Source of the DNA: a virus
Lineage: Duplodnaviria > Caudoviricetes
Virus record (IMG/VR): IMGVR_UViG_3300036781_000222
Location: 1 to 50,489 of that record
Length of the DNA stretch: 50,489 nucleotides
Strand: one strand, 5' to 3'
This document shows positions 16,688 through 26,724 of this stretch, piece after piece. The position numbers and the translations under genes were made by a program. Under the pieces are notes generated by a model. The model was not told the origin of the DNA. It did no database searches and saw only the letters and a program-made list of their open reading frames with translations. How positions within the stretch are numbered: the first letter of the stretch is position 1; every line of letters begins with the position of its first letter.

Positions 16688-19600
16688 TAGTTAACACCCG
16701 GTGCAGTGGGCGGCACCGGCCGCACGGGCGGCTTGGGTCGCTGGGGCTGCGTGGGCGCGATCGGAGCCTGGGGCGCTACCGGCTGGCTGGGCGCTACGGG
16801 TGGCACCATATCTGGCGCACCGGGACGCACGGGCTGCGTTGGTGGGATCGGTGGACCGCCCGCGCGCGGGTAGTGGCCGACCGTGTTGCGGCCATAGATG
16901 CCCGATTCCGCATCGGAAAATTTGACAATGAGACGCTTGCCTCCTGACAGCATGACGGGATCGCCGGGCTGGCCGTCACCAGGATCATAAGAGAGAACAA
17001 CGCCGCTATCATCTGGCAGATTCGTCCAAACGTGGCCCATCTGAAGGGCCTTAACGCTCTGCTCCTTGGTCCAGTTCCGGCTAAGTCCGGCCGGGCCGCC
17101 GCCTTTCGGATCGATATCGAAAGATGACAGATTGGCGATCACGCCATCGAGGCCGCTCTGAACCTTGGTGGCATCCAGAGTCGCTGGAATGCTATAGGTC
17201 TGGCTGCTGGGAAAGTTAAAGCCGCGCTTCCATGGCGCATAGGCAGCGGTCGCCGCCTGCGACAGCGGCATGCCCTGGTTCACCAGATACATGGTCGTAT
17301 TGACCATGCCATCCTCATAAGCCCCCCAGCCTGGACGCTGAGCCAAGGCGGGATCGGTGATCGACTGGACCTGGGTCCGCACCTGATCCTCGGTGATCTG
17401 CTTGCCCTTCATCCCGGCGACCAGATCGTCATGCGGCTGTTGCGCGGCGATGACGGCGCGCGCCCGCAGCACGGCATCGGCCGGGTTATCCATATAGGCG
17501 ATATAGCGCATGCTGGGGCTGACCCCCTTGGCGCTCAGCACCTGGCGCAAGCCATCGGCGCCAAAGGTGCTGGTGACATTATCCAATGTCGCTGTCACCT
17601 TGTCAGGCTCGGCGGTCATCAGCGTTGTCCCTAGCTGGCTGGCCTTGGCCTCGGTCAGCGGCTTGATCTGGTCATCCGGCACACCCAGGCGGCGCTGCGC
17701 CTGGCGTACCGTATCCACATCCACGCGCGCCTGCGTCGCCTGCTCGGGGTCGTTCAGGTCCAGGCTGTCCAGTTCCGCCGCCGCATCTGCCGCCACCGCA
17801 TCGTTCTGCTGGACATAGGCGGCCGGGTCTTTCTGCAGCCCCTCTACGCGCTTGCCGAACAGTTCAAGCCCCTTGCTGTAAGCTTCCTGCTTGGTCTGGT
17901 AATCCGGATCGCCAGCCTGCGGTTCCAGCTTGGCGAGCGCACCCTGAGCCTCCTGTGTCGTGCCGGAGACGATCGGCTGCACCACGCCGTTCAAGGTATA
18001 GGCAGCCTGCTCTTTCTGTTGCAGGACGGCCATCTTCTCAGGCGGCAAGGACTGCGACCAGTCATTGAGGTTGATCGTTCCCTTGCCGGTCGCAACGATG
18101 CTGGCGATATGATCCGGAAAGCTGTCCGCCAGCTTCTGGTTTTGGGCCGCCCATTGCGCTTGATTCTGCGCATCCTGCCGGTTGCGCTTGGCATCGATGA
18201 TGGATTGATAGCGCGGCATCATGGCGGGATCGCCGCCGAGTGCGGTCACGTTGGCAACTGCTTGAACGCTATCGCTATCATCAGACTGTTGCATATAGCT
18301 TTTCATCCGTCCCAGGATTCCCTTTTGCTGGGGCGAATAGTAGTGCTTAAAACTATCGTTCTGATCCGGCGTCAGATATCCCATGACCAGTTCGTCGCCA
18401 CGGCTGCTTTCCATCCACTGATCGAAAGTCCGCGTGTCGTCGCCATAGGCGCCGCGCGTCTGATCATAATATGCGTGTTCACCCTTAAGCTGTTCAGGCG
18501 TCAAGCTCTTAATCAGTTCCTCTTTCATGGCGTGGAACTGTGGATCTACCGGTTTTCCCGTCTGCTGATCGATACCGCCGATATAATGCAGCAAATCACC
18601 GGCAACCAAATTCCCCTTTTGCTCAGTGGTTCCCTGCGTATAAAGCTCGGTTGTCTGCTTGCCGGGATTGGGGTTTTCGCTTTCCCATGGCGGGAAACTT
18701 TCCAGCATGCGATCGTCGCCAGTCGGATTTGGTTTTTCAACTAGAACTGTGTTTTGGGCATACTTTGCTAATCGAGGGTATTGCTTCACGGCAGCGTTCA
18801 AGACTGGATTGTCGGTGACCTGCGTCCCGGCTACCCCTACCCGCTGCGCCAGCGGCGGCACCACGCGCCGCACATATTCCCGCGTCTCGTCATAGGGGAT
18901 CGCCGCCGCCCATTCCGCGTCGGTGGTCTCACCCTTGCGCGGATCGCCGAACTGCCGCGCCCAATCATCAACGGCGCTGGGATTGGCGTTATAGGCGGCT
19001 ACCGCCATGGTCACGTCGCCCTGATAGCGCGTCAGTAGCTCTTTCATCAGGTCGCCGGCGAGGGTCGCGCCATAGGAATCAACATATTGCAGGGCATGCT
19101 CGTCATAGGGGATGCCCCGACGCTCGGCCAGGACGCGTGCCACGGCTGGCATGAGCTGATATTTGCCCAATGCCCCACTCGCCGGGTTTCTATCTCCCGT
19201 GCGCCCGAACTCGCCGCGCGACACAACGCTGTCCATCAATTGCGGCGTCGGATCCATCTGGCGCGGCACCGCGTCAAGCTGTTGCTTGCCATTGAGAATC
19301 TGAAACCCGCGCGAGACCGACAGGTTATCGCTGCCGAGCGCATTCTCGAACGCCTGATTCTTGGCCTTCGTCACCATGGTTGTCAGATCTTCCGGCGGCA
19401 GTGAGCCTTGATACTGCGCCGCTGCGTCATCGATCGCCTTGACGTTGGCGTTCATGTCCGGGTTGGCCGAGGCATTGCCGATGATGGTATCCAGCTTCGA
19501 TCCCAATTCAACGCCGAGCTGGCGCTGGCGCTGGGCGATGTACTTATTGCCGTAATCGACCTTGAGCCGCGCCCCGCCCTCGGCATCTACATACCCCTTG

Positions 19601-20142
19601 AGAACAGCGGCATCGACCTGCTGTCCCATGGTCTGCAACAGCTTGGCGCGCGTCGCCGTATCTGCCGTCATGCTGGCGGATTGCAGGTTATTATTGAGGT
19701 TGACTGTCAGATCCGCCCGGCCCTGGTCGCTTTCCTTGGACTTAGCAAGCTGCGAGATTTGCGCCCCGCCGCGCATCACATCGAGTTGGCTCTCTCGCAG
19801 GAACTGATTGCGGGCGACCGGATTGCGGATCTGATCCGCCGCCGATTGCCGGGCCTGTCCCACCGCCGCGTTATAGCGATCCGGGATGGTCGCCCAGTCG
19901 GTATCATCCTGATAGGAGTTGTCCTGCTGAACCTTGGCCTGCAGGAACTGGGATTGAGCATTGGCGAGATCATTGGTATCGACCGCCTGTTGCGCTGTGC
20001 CGGCCGCGTTCGAAAGACCCTGCAACAGCGCTTGCGTGCCCTGTGCCCTGATCCCTACAGCCGATGCCGTATCTACGCGAGGAATGCCATTGGCCGCGCG
20101 CGGGATGTTCAGTGGCCCCAAGGTCGTCGGTAATGTCGGCAT
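16687..20142 (-). CDS. Internal virion protein with lytic transglycosylase (SLT) domain
   Basis: GALGKYQLMP, AVAAYNA.P, IPYDETREYVRRV SLT motifs; 1151 aa; Pro-rich C-terminus. Confidence 0.88.
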   Translation of the reverse strand: MPTLPTTLGPLNIPRAANGIPRVDTASAVGIRAQGTQALLQGLSNAAGTAQQAVDTNDLANAQSQFLQAKVQQDNSYQDDTDWATIPDRYNAAVGQARQSAADQIRNPVARNQFLRESQLDVMRGGAQISQLAKSKESDQGRADLTVNLNNNLQSASMTADTATRAKLLQTMGQQVDAAVLKGYVDAEGGARLKVDYGNKYIAQRQRQLGVELGSKLDTIIGNASANPDMNANVKAIDDAAAQYQGSLPPEDLTTMVTKAKNQAFENALGSDNLSVSRGFQILNGKQQLDAVPRQMDPTPQLMDSVVSRGEFGRTGDRNPASGALGKYQLMPAVARVLAERRGIPYDEHALQYVDSYGATLAGDLMKELLTRYQGDVTMAVAAYNANPSAVDDWARQFGDPRKGETTDAEWAAAIPYDETREYVRRVVPPLAQRVGVAGTQVTDNPVLNAAVKQYPRLAKYAQNTVLVEKPNPTGDDRMLESFPPWESENPNPGKQTTELYTQGTTEQKGNLVAGDLLHYIGGIDQQTGKPVDPQFHAMKEELIKSLTPEQLKGEHAYYDQTRGAYGDDTRTFDQWMESSRGDELVMGYLTPDQNDSFKHYYSPQQKGILGRMKSYMQQSDDSDSVQAVANVTALGGDPAMMPRYQSIIDAKRNRQDAQNQAQWAAQNQKLADSFPDHIASIVATGKGTINLNDWSQSLPPEKMAVLQQKEQAAYTLNGVVQPIVSGTTQEAQGALAKLEPQAGDPDYQTKQEAYSKGLELFGKRVEGLQKDPAAYVQQNDAVAADAAAELDSLDLNDPEQATQARVDVDTVRQAQRRLGVPDDQIKPLTEAKASQLGTTLMTAEPDKVTATLDNVTSTFGADGLRQVLSAKGVSPSMRYIAYMDNPADAVLRARAVIAAQQPHDDLVAGMKGKQITEDQVRTQVQSITDPALAQRPGWGAYEDGMVNTTMYLVNQGMPLSQAATAAYAPWKRGFNFPSSQTYSIPATLDATKVQSGLDGVIANLSSFDIDPKGGGPAGLSRNWTKEQSVKALQMGHVWTNLPDDSGVVLSYDPGDGQPGDPVMLSGGKRLIVKFSDAESGIYGRNTVGHYPRAGGPPIPPTQPVRPGAPDMVPPVAPSQPVAPQAPIAPTQPQRPKPPVRPVPPTAPGVN

Positions 20143-20726
20143 CAGCCCGCAGCCCCCGCAAATCCACCACTTGCCATTCCGGCACCAGTCGCATCACCGA
20201 GGCCATAGAGATCGGTCTGGGTCATGCCAGACGTTGCCCCATAATCGCTTTCGCCATATTTGCTGAAGAACGACGAGGCGCCCTGCGCCGCCGTGCCAAC
20301 GCCCTGCATCAGCCCAGCCGCCTTGGTCGCCGCCGCACTCGCCGAGACGCCGGCTTTCAGCGCCGCCGCACTGTCAGTATAGTCCTGCGCCTGAGATCTG
20401 GCGTTGAAGAGATCGGCCAGCGCGTTGTACTCACCTTCGCCGGCCAGGTTGCCAAGGATATTGGTCACGGTCGGATCGGTCGCTCCGGCCCCACTGCCGG
20501 CGGCTAAAGCCGTTGCCCGGCTGACCGCCAGACCGGCCTGCTTGCGTTCCTCAGTCCCGGCACGTTGGCCCGTCGCCACCGAGCTGATCGCGGCCTTGTT
20601 CAACTGCTGCGCCTGGTACTTGGCGTCAGCCTTTTGCGCCTTGGCGCTGTCGGAGCCGGCCTTGGCGCTGGCTCCAGCGCTCAGGGCCGTGATCCCCAAC
20701 ATTATGAATGGGATTGCGACCGCCAT
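20142..20726 (-). CDS. Internal virion protein (T7 gp14-like position)
   Basis: Ala/Gly-rich 194 aa with hydrophobic N-terminus; synteny. Confidence 0.75.
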   Translation of the reverse strand: MAVAIPFIMLGITALSAGASAKAGSDSAKAQKADAKYQAQQLNKAAISSVATGQRAGTEERKQAGLAVSRATALAAGSGAGATDPTVTNILGNLAGEGEYNALADLFNARSQAQDYTDSAAALKAGVSASAAATKAAGLMQGVGTAAQGASSFFSKYGESDYGATSGMTQTDLYGLGDATGAGMASGGFAGAAG

Positions 20727-21076
20727 ACGTACACCTCTCCTTGTGGGCTGTCGCTCATATGCTCAAATCCGCATTTCCTTAACAGTGCCGCCGATCCCGG
20801 ATATTGCTCATCGGCCAGCGCGACAACTGGAAATTTAACAGATTTCAGCAACTGCATCATTGCCCTAATTGCTATAGCGATCCCTTTTTTATTCGAGCGA
20901 AACTCGGGCTTCATATCCGAGAATGCCTGCACTGATTTGCCACAATACGCCAAGCCGACCAAGCCCTTGACCGTGCCATCCTCGACCACGGACAGGCCCC
21001 GGATGGTGGACGGTATCTCGCCGTAGAAGGCGCGAAGGTCGCCGGCTGAGGTTGGCCTGATCGTTACCTTAGCCAT
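20702..21076 (-). CDS. GNAT-fold / T7 gp13-like protein
   Basis: IRPTSAGDL...GSAALLRKCGFE; position after tail tubular B. Confidence 0.7.
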   Translation of the reverse strand: MAKVTIRPTSAGDLRAFYGEIPSTIRGLSVVEDGTVKGLVGLAYCGKSVQAFSDMKPEFRSNKKGIAIAIRAMMQLLKSVKFPVVALADEQYPGSAALLRKCGFEHMSDSPQGEVYVWRSQSHS

Positions 21077-24000
21077 TAACGTCAAGATCCACGGTTGCCC
21101 CCAGGATCGTCACCGGACGGGGCGAGCGCGCCCGCAGGCACAGCCGGTTATCGGTGCTCCAGGTGGAGTTCAGCGTCTCCGGGTCAAAATCGTATTCGTC
21201 CCAGACCGTGTTTGGATCGATCGTCTTGCTGCCTTCCTGCCTGGGAAGCGAGCGCATCGCCTGTGGACCGGTCAGATCCAGTGTAGTGCCATAGCGCAAG
21301 CCCTGGGCATGGGTATCGTTCATGACGAAGCCAACGCGCACCGCCCGCTTGCGCCGATTCAGCGGTGACCCACCTTGCGCCGCCCAGGCGAGCTTGGCAG
21401 TCTCTGCCTCGGCGTCATAGGGCAAGCCGGCGACGACATTGGAACAGGCAACCGGGATGGTGATCTGGCCGCCCGTCACTAGAAATCCGGCGCTGTCCTT
21501 ATAGGGTGCAGCCGGGTCAAGGCCCAAATCTTTGCCATCGCCCCAGGCGACGACTGTTTCGCCTTCCAGATGGTCGAGTCCGGTCACCGTGGTTACGGGG
21601 TCGCCCTGATAAATTATATGAGCGTCCATGTTCTTGTTGAGCGTGCCGCCGATATTCTCCTTCTCCAGCGACCAGCGTTCCAGATAGCGCACCGTCTCAC
21701 CCATCACCGTGCGGCGAATGGTGTAATAGACCGTATCCTCGATCACACCGGGCAGAACGCAAACATCCTCAATCGCACCCTCGCCGCCATCGACCGTGAT
21801 CCAGCAGGTGACATTCTCGGTGGCATCGAATACCAGGACAGCCGCCGTCCCATCATTGAGCACGGCATGGATACGGGTATCGGGTTGGCGCTGGACATCG
21901 AGGCGCACCACGCCAGGATCAAGCACTTCGGGGATGAGTTGGTTCAATTGCTGAGAGGTATAGTCACCACTCACCGAGGTGGTATCGAGCAGGATCTGGA
22001 AGATCGACGTGTCAGATTTCTGGACAAAAACACCAAAGCTATCGATCTTAACCGCTGCGACCGCCGCCGATCCCTGCGTGCTGGCATCCTTCATATTGAA
22101 ATTTGACGGGGTTAGAATCTCATCGAACGATGACGAGCGGCAGGACTTCTCCGATCCCTGTCCACCGATCACCAGGCGCTGCAACGGCAACAGCCAGTTG
22201 ATGGTATCCACTGGCCCTTCGCCAATGGTCCTGTCAATCGGCCCACTATCGCCGGTCGTGCTGTCGTCAAAGCTGGTATAGGCATCCGACACGCTGAGAT
22301 TGATCTCATCCTTGCCGGCAAAAACCATCCGGCCTTCATAGATCGTGACCGAAGTCGGCCAGCCGCGGAAGTCGGACCATTCCCCTTCGCGCCAGTTCTC
22401 GGTCGCCGTGGTCGCGCCGAATGGCGTCAGGACCGAGATATTGACCAACTGGCTGTTGACGAATGAGGTCACGCGGCCAACGCCGGTCAAGCCGCCGCTG
22501 GCATAGCTGAGGATGGTATCGGCTTGCCCGCTGGTATAATTGCCGCTCTTGATTGCCAGCCGGTAGAAGACGATCTGGTTATCCAGGCCATCCGCGACGG
22601 TCGAAGTGCCATTGGTCGTATAGGTGGTGAAATCAGCCCAGGAATTGGTATCGGTGATCGATCGCTGCAACGTCAGCGTCGCAACCCAGGTGTTCGACCG
22701 GATAACAGAGAACGAACGCGTGGCGCCGACTCCGGTAATCCTGATCGGATTGGAGAATTGGTTATCGCCGGTAAACGAGGTCGCCACCGTCTGGCCGATC
22801 GAGGTCAACTGAAAGATCGCGCCAAGATGCCCGGCATTGAAGAATGGCCGGCTCGAAATCAGTGTCGTGTCGCCGGTCAACGATCCTGGTGTCATCAGGA
22901 TGCCGTTTGAAGACAGATTTCGGAAAGGTCCGTCATTGGCCAGATAATCTACCACCGACCAAGAACCGTTATTGCGACGTTCGATCCGCTGCTGTTGCTT
23001 GCCCTGACAAGCTACAAAAACAACGTCAGCCGATTGCGTCCAGCGCAGGAAAGGCAGATCACTCTCGGCCCAGATGGTCGAGACTTCCAGCGTCCCCGCA
23101 GCGCTCATCTGGATCGAGGAAATGATGGTGGAATACTGGGTCGTTGCCGACACATCGATATAAAAAACGCCGGCTGTCGGTGTGAAGGCTAGGTTATGCA
23201 CGCCAGGTCCCAGCGTCGTCTCGGGGATCAGATCAGCCGTATTGAATGCCGATCCGATCTTGATCGTGACGACACCCTGCACCACCGTCACAACGATAGC
23301 GTTGACCTGCGTCCGGTCGGCCGAGTTGACCATGACCGCCTGGACGCGCCGCGCCGAACTATAGATCGTGCCGACGAGCTGCAGGCCGCCTGTGCTAAAG
23401 AACGTGCTGGCAGCTCCCGGTCCATCGAGATCCATCCAATTGCCAATCTTGTAGGCCATTAGGGATGGATTAGCCGGAGTCCCCACGATCTGGGTATTGT
23501 CACCTGGAGACCACTGGATAGATGTCGCGGCACCAGATGGTAATGTGCTGGGGCTAGTGATCCTCGTGAATGTCGTTCCCGAGTAGCTGTAGTTAGCAAT
23601 GAACGGCGTCGTCCCACTCCCCACTGCTAGATATTTTCCAATCAGGTCAAAGGCGACCGATGTGCTGTTGCCTGGTGGCAATGTGGCTGGATTGGTAACT
23701 TTGGTGAACACCAGGTTGGAGATACTATAGATCGTTACGAATGGGGTTGTCGTATGAGCAACAGCCAGAAATGAACTGTCGAACGCAAAGCTAGCGCAGA
23801 AGGCGGCGCCGGCCGGCAACGTGCCGGGATTACTAAGCTTAAGATAGATGCCGGCTATATTGTTCCAGATATGGATGAATGGCGTGCTCTGCGTTGCCAG
23901 CGCCAGAAGCGTGCCGTCAGGAGAATATTTCAGCGCTCCGTTTGTACCAGGGGTTGCAGCAGTTGGCTGCGTGATAGACGGTAATAGCGAGAATGTCGTC

Positions 24001-24746
24001 CCTGATCTGGCGTAGAGCGTAACCTGCGAATTGCTATCGGCCACCGCCAGCGTGGCGCTATCTGGCGACCAAGCCACACAGCGACAGTCAGAAATGGTCG
24101 GCGCCGCGATTGCCGTGAAGGCAGCCGTCAGGCCAGATCCGGTTACTGAATAAAGCAATAGGCCACTGGTCAGATCAGCAATCGCCAGCAGTGTTCCATC
24201 TGGTGAAAAGGCCATATCTGGCGCGCTGAATGTAGCAACGCCAGTCGGCGCAGTGATTGAAGTCACAGAGCTGGGCGTAACGGCAAATGCAGCTACACTC
24301 TGGCCTGTCGAAAACGCCTGAACAACGACAGAACCATCGGCAGAAAGCGCCATTGCTGTCGATGCTGCCACGAAATTAGACCAAGCTACGCTGGCCCAGG
24401 GTGATATTTCACTTGTAAATCCCCCATCGACAATCTGTGTCGATACCACCGGGCGGCTGATCAGTTCGTCACCCACCCGCACGCGCATGGTATGGTCGGT
24501 CATTTCCAACAGGGCAGTGTCGGTGGTCGAGAAGACAAACGGGATCTGCAGCGCTCGCGAGTTATTGCGCGTGCTGCCGCGAAACCACAGCCCCGGCCGC
24601 AACATCATCGAACCTAGGACGCGCGGCATCCAGTTGCGTTGAATGCGCGTCGCAAAGGCATAACGTGACAAATCGATGCGCGCCAGGGCGAGCTTGGACA
24701 AAAGTCCACGGTTCCAGCCGTATAGGGCTCTTGTTTCTCTCCCCAT
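21069..24746 (-). CDS. Tail tubular protein B (nozzle) with an internal beta-propeller insertion
   Basis: WNRGLLS..ALARID...NW.P...G....RPG N-terminus; WTQSADVVFVAC; GWPTSVTIYEGRMVFA; GLDHLEGETV; SPRPVTIL C-terminus. Confidence 0.9.
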   Translation of the reverse strand: MGRETRALYGWNRGLLSKLALARIDLSRYAFATRIQRNWMPRVLGSMMLRPGLWFRGSTRNNSRALQIPFVFSTTDTALLEMTDHTMRVRVGDELISRPVVSTQIVDGGFTSEISPWASVAWSNFVAASTAMALSADGSVVVQAFSTGQSVAAFAVTPSSVTSITAPTGVATFSAPDMAFSPDGTLLAIADLTSGLLLYSVTGSGLTAAFTAIAAPTISDCRCVAWSPDSATLAVADSNSQVTLYARSGTTFSLLPSITQPTAATPGTNGALKYSPDGTLLALATQSTPFIHIWNNIAGIYLKLSNPGTLPAGAAFCASFAFDSSFLAVAHTTTPFVTIYSISNLVFTKVTNPATLPPGNSTSVAFDLIGKYLAVGSGTTPFIANYSYSGTTFTRITSPSTLPSGAATSIQWSPGDNTQIVGTPANPSLMAYKIGNWMDLDGPGAASTFFSTGGLQLVGTIYSSARRVQAVMVNSADRTQVNAIVVTVVQGVVTIKIGSAFNTADLIPETTLGPGVHNLAFTPTAGVFYIDVSATTQYSTIISSIQMSAAGTLEVSTIWAESDLPFLRWTQSADVVFVACQGKQQQRIERRNNGSWSVVDYLANDGPFRNLSSNGILMTPGSLTGDTTLISSRPFFNAGHLGAIFQLTSIGQTVATSFTGDNQFSNPIRITGVGATRSFSVIRSNTWVATLTLQRSITDTNSWADFTTYTTNGTSTVADGLDNQIVFYRLAIKSGNYTSGQADTILSYASGGLTGVGRVTSFVNSQLVNISVLTPFGATTATENWREGEWSDFRGWPTSVTIYEGRMVFAGKDEINLSVSDAYTSFDDSTTGDSGPIDRTIGEGPVDTINWLLPLQRLVIGGQGSEKSCRSSSFDEILTPSNFNMKDASTQGSAAVAAVKIDSFGVFVQKSDTSIFQILLDTTSVSGDYTSQQLNQLIPEVLDPGVVRLDVQRQPDTRIHAVLNDGTAAVLVFDATENVTCWITVDGGEGAIEDVCVLPGVIEDTVYYTIRRTVMGETVRYLERWSLEKENIGGTLNKNMDAHIIYQGDPVTTVTGLDHLEGETVVAWGDGKDLGLDPAAPYKDSAGFLVTGGQITIPVACSNVVAGLPYDAEAETAKLAWAAQGGSPLNRRKRAVRVGFVMNDTHAQGLRYGTTLDLTGPQAMRSLPRQEGSKTIDPNTVWDEYDFDPETLNSTWSTDNRLCLRARSPRPVTILGATVDLDVNG

Positions 24747-24786
24747 TTTATGCCCTTAATCCAATTAGACACTTAAGGAGAGAAAC

Positions 24787-25497
24787 ATGCTGTCTTCCCG
24801 ACAAAAAGATCTTACCGGCATGACTTTTAGCTCGTGGACTGTCATTCAATTCGACGGAATCCACGAGATGAAGAGCGCCAAAACGACGCGGTGGCTGTGC
24901 CGATGCGTTTGCGGCACAGAAAAGATTTGCTTGGGATCTACGCTGTCCGCTGGACTGACCATTAATTGCGGGTGTCTTCGTGGCACCCATGGTCATACAA
25001 AAGCCGCAAAGAACAACGGCAAAGCATCTACTACATATTCTACTTGGAAAAATATGCTTGCACGCTGTTGCAATCCGAAGTCCAAAAACTACGAACATTA
25101 TCACGGCAATGGAATCACCGTATGTGATCGTTGGCGTTATGGCGAAAACGGAATTAGTGCTTTCGAATGCTTCTTGGCTGATATGGGAGAGAAGCCAACC
25201 CCTGCTCATAGCATTGATCGTGAAGATAACAAGAGAGGCTACCATAAGGATAACTGCCGTTGGGCTACCAAAACTGAGCAGGCAAACAACCGCAGCACAA
25301 ACCTTTTGTTTGAGTATCGCGGCAAGACTTACACAGTAGCGCAACTCGGACGCCTCTCCGGACTCGGCAAAGAAGTTATACGTAGCCGATTGGTGCGCAA
25401 CATCTCCCCGTGGACAGTTGAAGCAGCCGTTGAAACGCCTATCTGTGAAGATAGACATCTGCGTCGTGGATTTAGAAAGAGCCTTGGCCATACCTAA
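24787..25497 (+). CDS. Free-standing HNH-type homing endonuclease, antisense to the late operon
   Basis: DLTGMTF..WTV...WLCRCVCG...CGC...THG...TYSTWKNM..RC.NP....Y..Y.G.GITVCDRW...FLADMGEKP...SIDREDN..GY...NCRWAT..EQANN; AAGGAG SD; lower GC. Confidence 0.92.
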   Translation: MLSSRQKDLTGMTFSSWTVIQFDGIHEMKSAKTTRWLCRCVCGTEKICLGSTLSAGLTINCGCLRGTHGHTKAAKNNGKASTTYSTWKNMLARCCNPKSKNYEHYHGNGITVCDRWRYGENGISAFECFLADMGEKPTPAHSIDREDNKRGYHKDNCRWATKTEQANNRSTNLLFEYRGKTYTVAQLGRLSGLGKEVIRSRLVRNISPWTVEAAVETPICEDRHLRRGFRKSLGHT

Positions 25498-26127
25498 TCA
25501 CCGATACGGCGGCCGGCGTAGCGGGCTATTGCGCCGCCGCGCCATGTTCCAGGACGTTTCCGGCAGGAATGTCGGCGTCTCCTTCATGGCATCTTTAGAC
25601 TTGGCCGTAAGCAACGCCTTGTCACGCTGCTTCTTCAGCCAATCGGTTTCCGTCGTGCTGTCCTTGAGCCTCGGCAGCGCCGCAACCGCCATCTCGTGAG
25701 CGAAATACTCGATGAACGACTGCGGCCAGCGCGACAGGTCATAGCCGGCTGTCTGATCGTTCGAGATATAGCGGATATAGATGGTCTGGAGATCGCACCA
25801 CCAATAGGCGATATCGTCCTGATACATCAGGAGCGGCATTTGCATATACTGGTCTTGCCAGATGCCGGCGATCCGCACCAGATCGAGCGGCTTATCAAAG
25901 GCATAGGTATAGCCAAAGCTGCTGGTCACGGACGGGCTATAGGTCAGCGCCACGGTCCGCATGGCATGATGCCAAAAGCCGTTCTCCAGGCACCTGTCGC
26001 GGATGCCCAGGTCCCAGATCTGATCCAGGATATAGCGATCTTCTACGTCGTCATCGAGGGTGGCTAGAAGCCTGCAGCCGGTCAGAAACAGCGCTCGATT
26101 ATACAAGCCAAGTTGATCGATCGACAA
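25498..26127 (-). CDS. Tail tubular protein A (adaptor)
   Basis: LYNRAL...G...L..L.D...W..A...V.L...FGY.YAF..P.D motif; TTG start. Confidence 0.85.
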   Translation of the reverse strand: MSIDQLGLYNRALFLTGCRLLATLDDDVEDRYILDQIWDLGIRDRCLENGFWHHAMRTVALTYSPSVTSSFGYTYAFDKPLDLVRIAGIWQDQYMQMPLLMYQDDIAYWWCDLQTIYIRYISNDQTAGYDLSRWPQSFIEYFAHEMAVAALPRLKDSTTETDWLKKQRDKALLTAKSKDAMKETPTFLPETSWNMARRRNSPLRRPPYR

Positions 26128-26178
26128 GGCAACCCCCAGAAATGTGGCCGGGATTTACCGCGCCCGGCGCGCGGTGAA

Positions 26179-26643
26179 TTAGCTGGCCTTGGCCGTCTGT
26201 TGCTGCCTGATCCAGTCGTTAAACCAGATCTGCGCTTCAACCTGCGTCCTGAAGCCTTCCTTGATCACCTTCTTGGTGGTGGTATCGACAACGCGATGCT
26301 TGGTGGTCTTGCCGGCGAACTCGATCTTATACCGGCCACCGTCCAGCATGACTTCGCCGAGCTGGGTTTCTTCCAGTTCGACATAGCGCAGCGGCTGTGT
26401 CTTGGTCCAATTGGTGCCGCTATCGACGACGATCAACTCGCCATACCAGGTCAGATTGTCCGGCGTGACTTCGATCCGGTCGCCACGTTTCAGCTTGGCC
26501 GCGCAATGCGCCCAAAATCCGGTATCGGCGCAAGCCTTGAACTCGACGCCGGCTTCCAGTTCCACCGACCACACATTGCGGTCAAATTCTGCCAGTTTGA
26601 AGCGCGTCGCCTGTAAGGAAACGGGTTTCTTCACATCAGGCAT
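26179..26643 (-). CDS. Hypothetical virion-region protein
   Basis: AGGAG SD; FWAHCAAKLKRGDRIEV motif; between capsid and tail genes. Confidence 0.75.
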   Translation of the reverse strand: MPDVKKPVSLQATRFKLAEFDRNVWSVELEAGVEFKACADTGFWAHCAAKLKRGDRIEVTPDNLTWYGELIVVDSGTNWTKTQPLRYVELEETQLGEVMLDGGRYKIEFAGKTTKHRVVDTTTKKVIKEGFRTQVEAQIWFNDWIRQQQTAKAS

Positions 26644-26663
26644 TGAGGTCTCCTAGAGAGGTT

Positions 26664-26690
26664 AAAGAGGCGAGGCCGAAGCCCCGCCTC
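26664..26690 (-). terminator. Intrinsic terminator/attenuator after capsid and decoration genes
   Basis: GAGGCGGGGC-TTCG-GCCTCGCCTC-TTT; a second UUCG hairpin lies at ~26705-26718. Confidence 0.7.
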
Positions 26691-26724
26691 AGTGTAGCAT
26701 GGGTTGGGGCGAACCCCACCGTAA

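Noticed and set aside
24748-25497. Group I intron or intein carrying the HNH gene
   Set aside because: The insertion is intergenic, both flanking genes look intact, and there is no room for a ribozyme core
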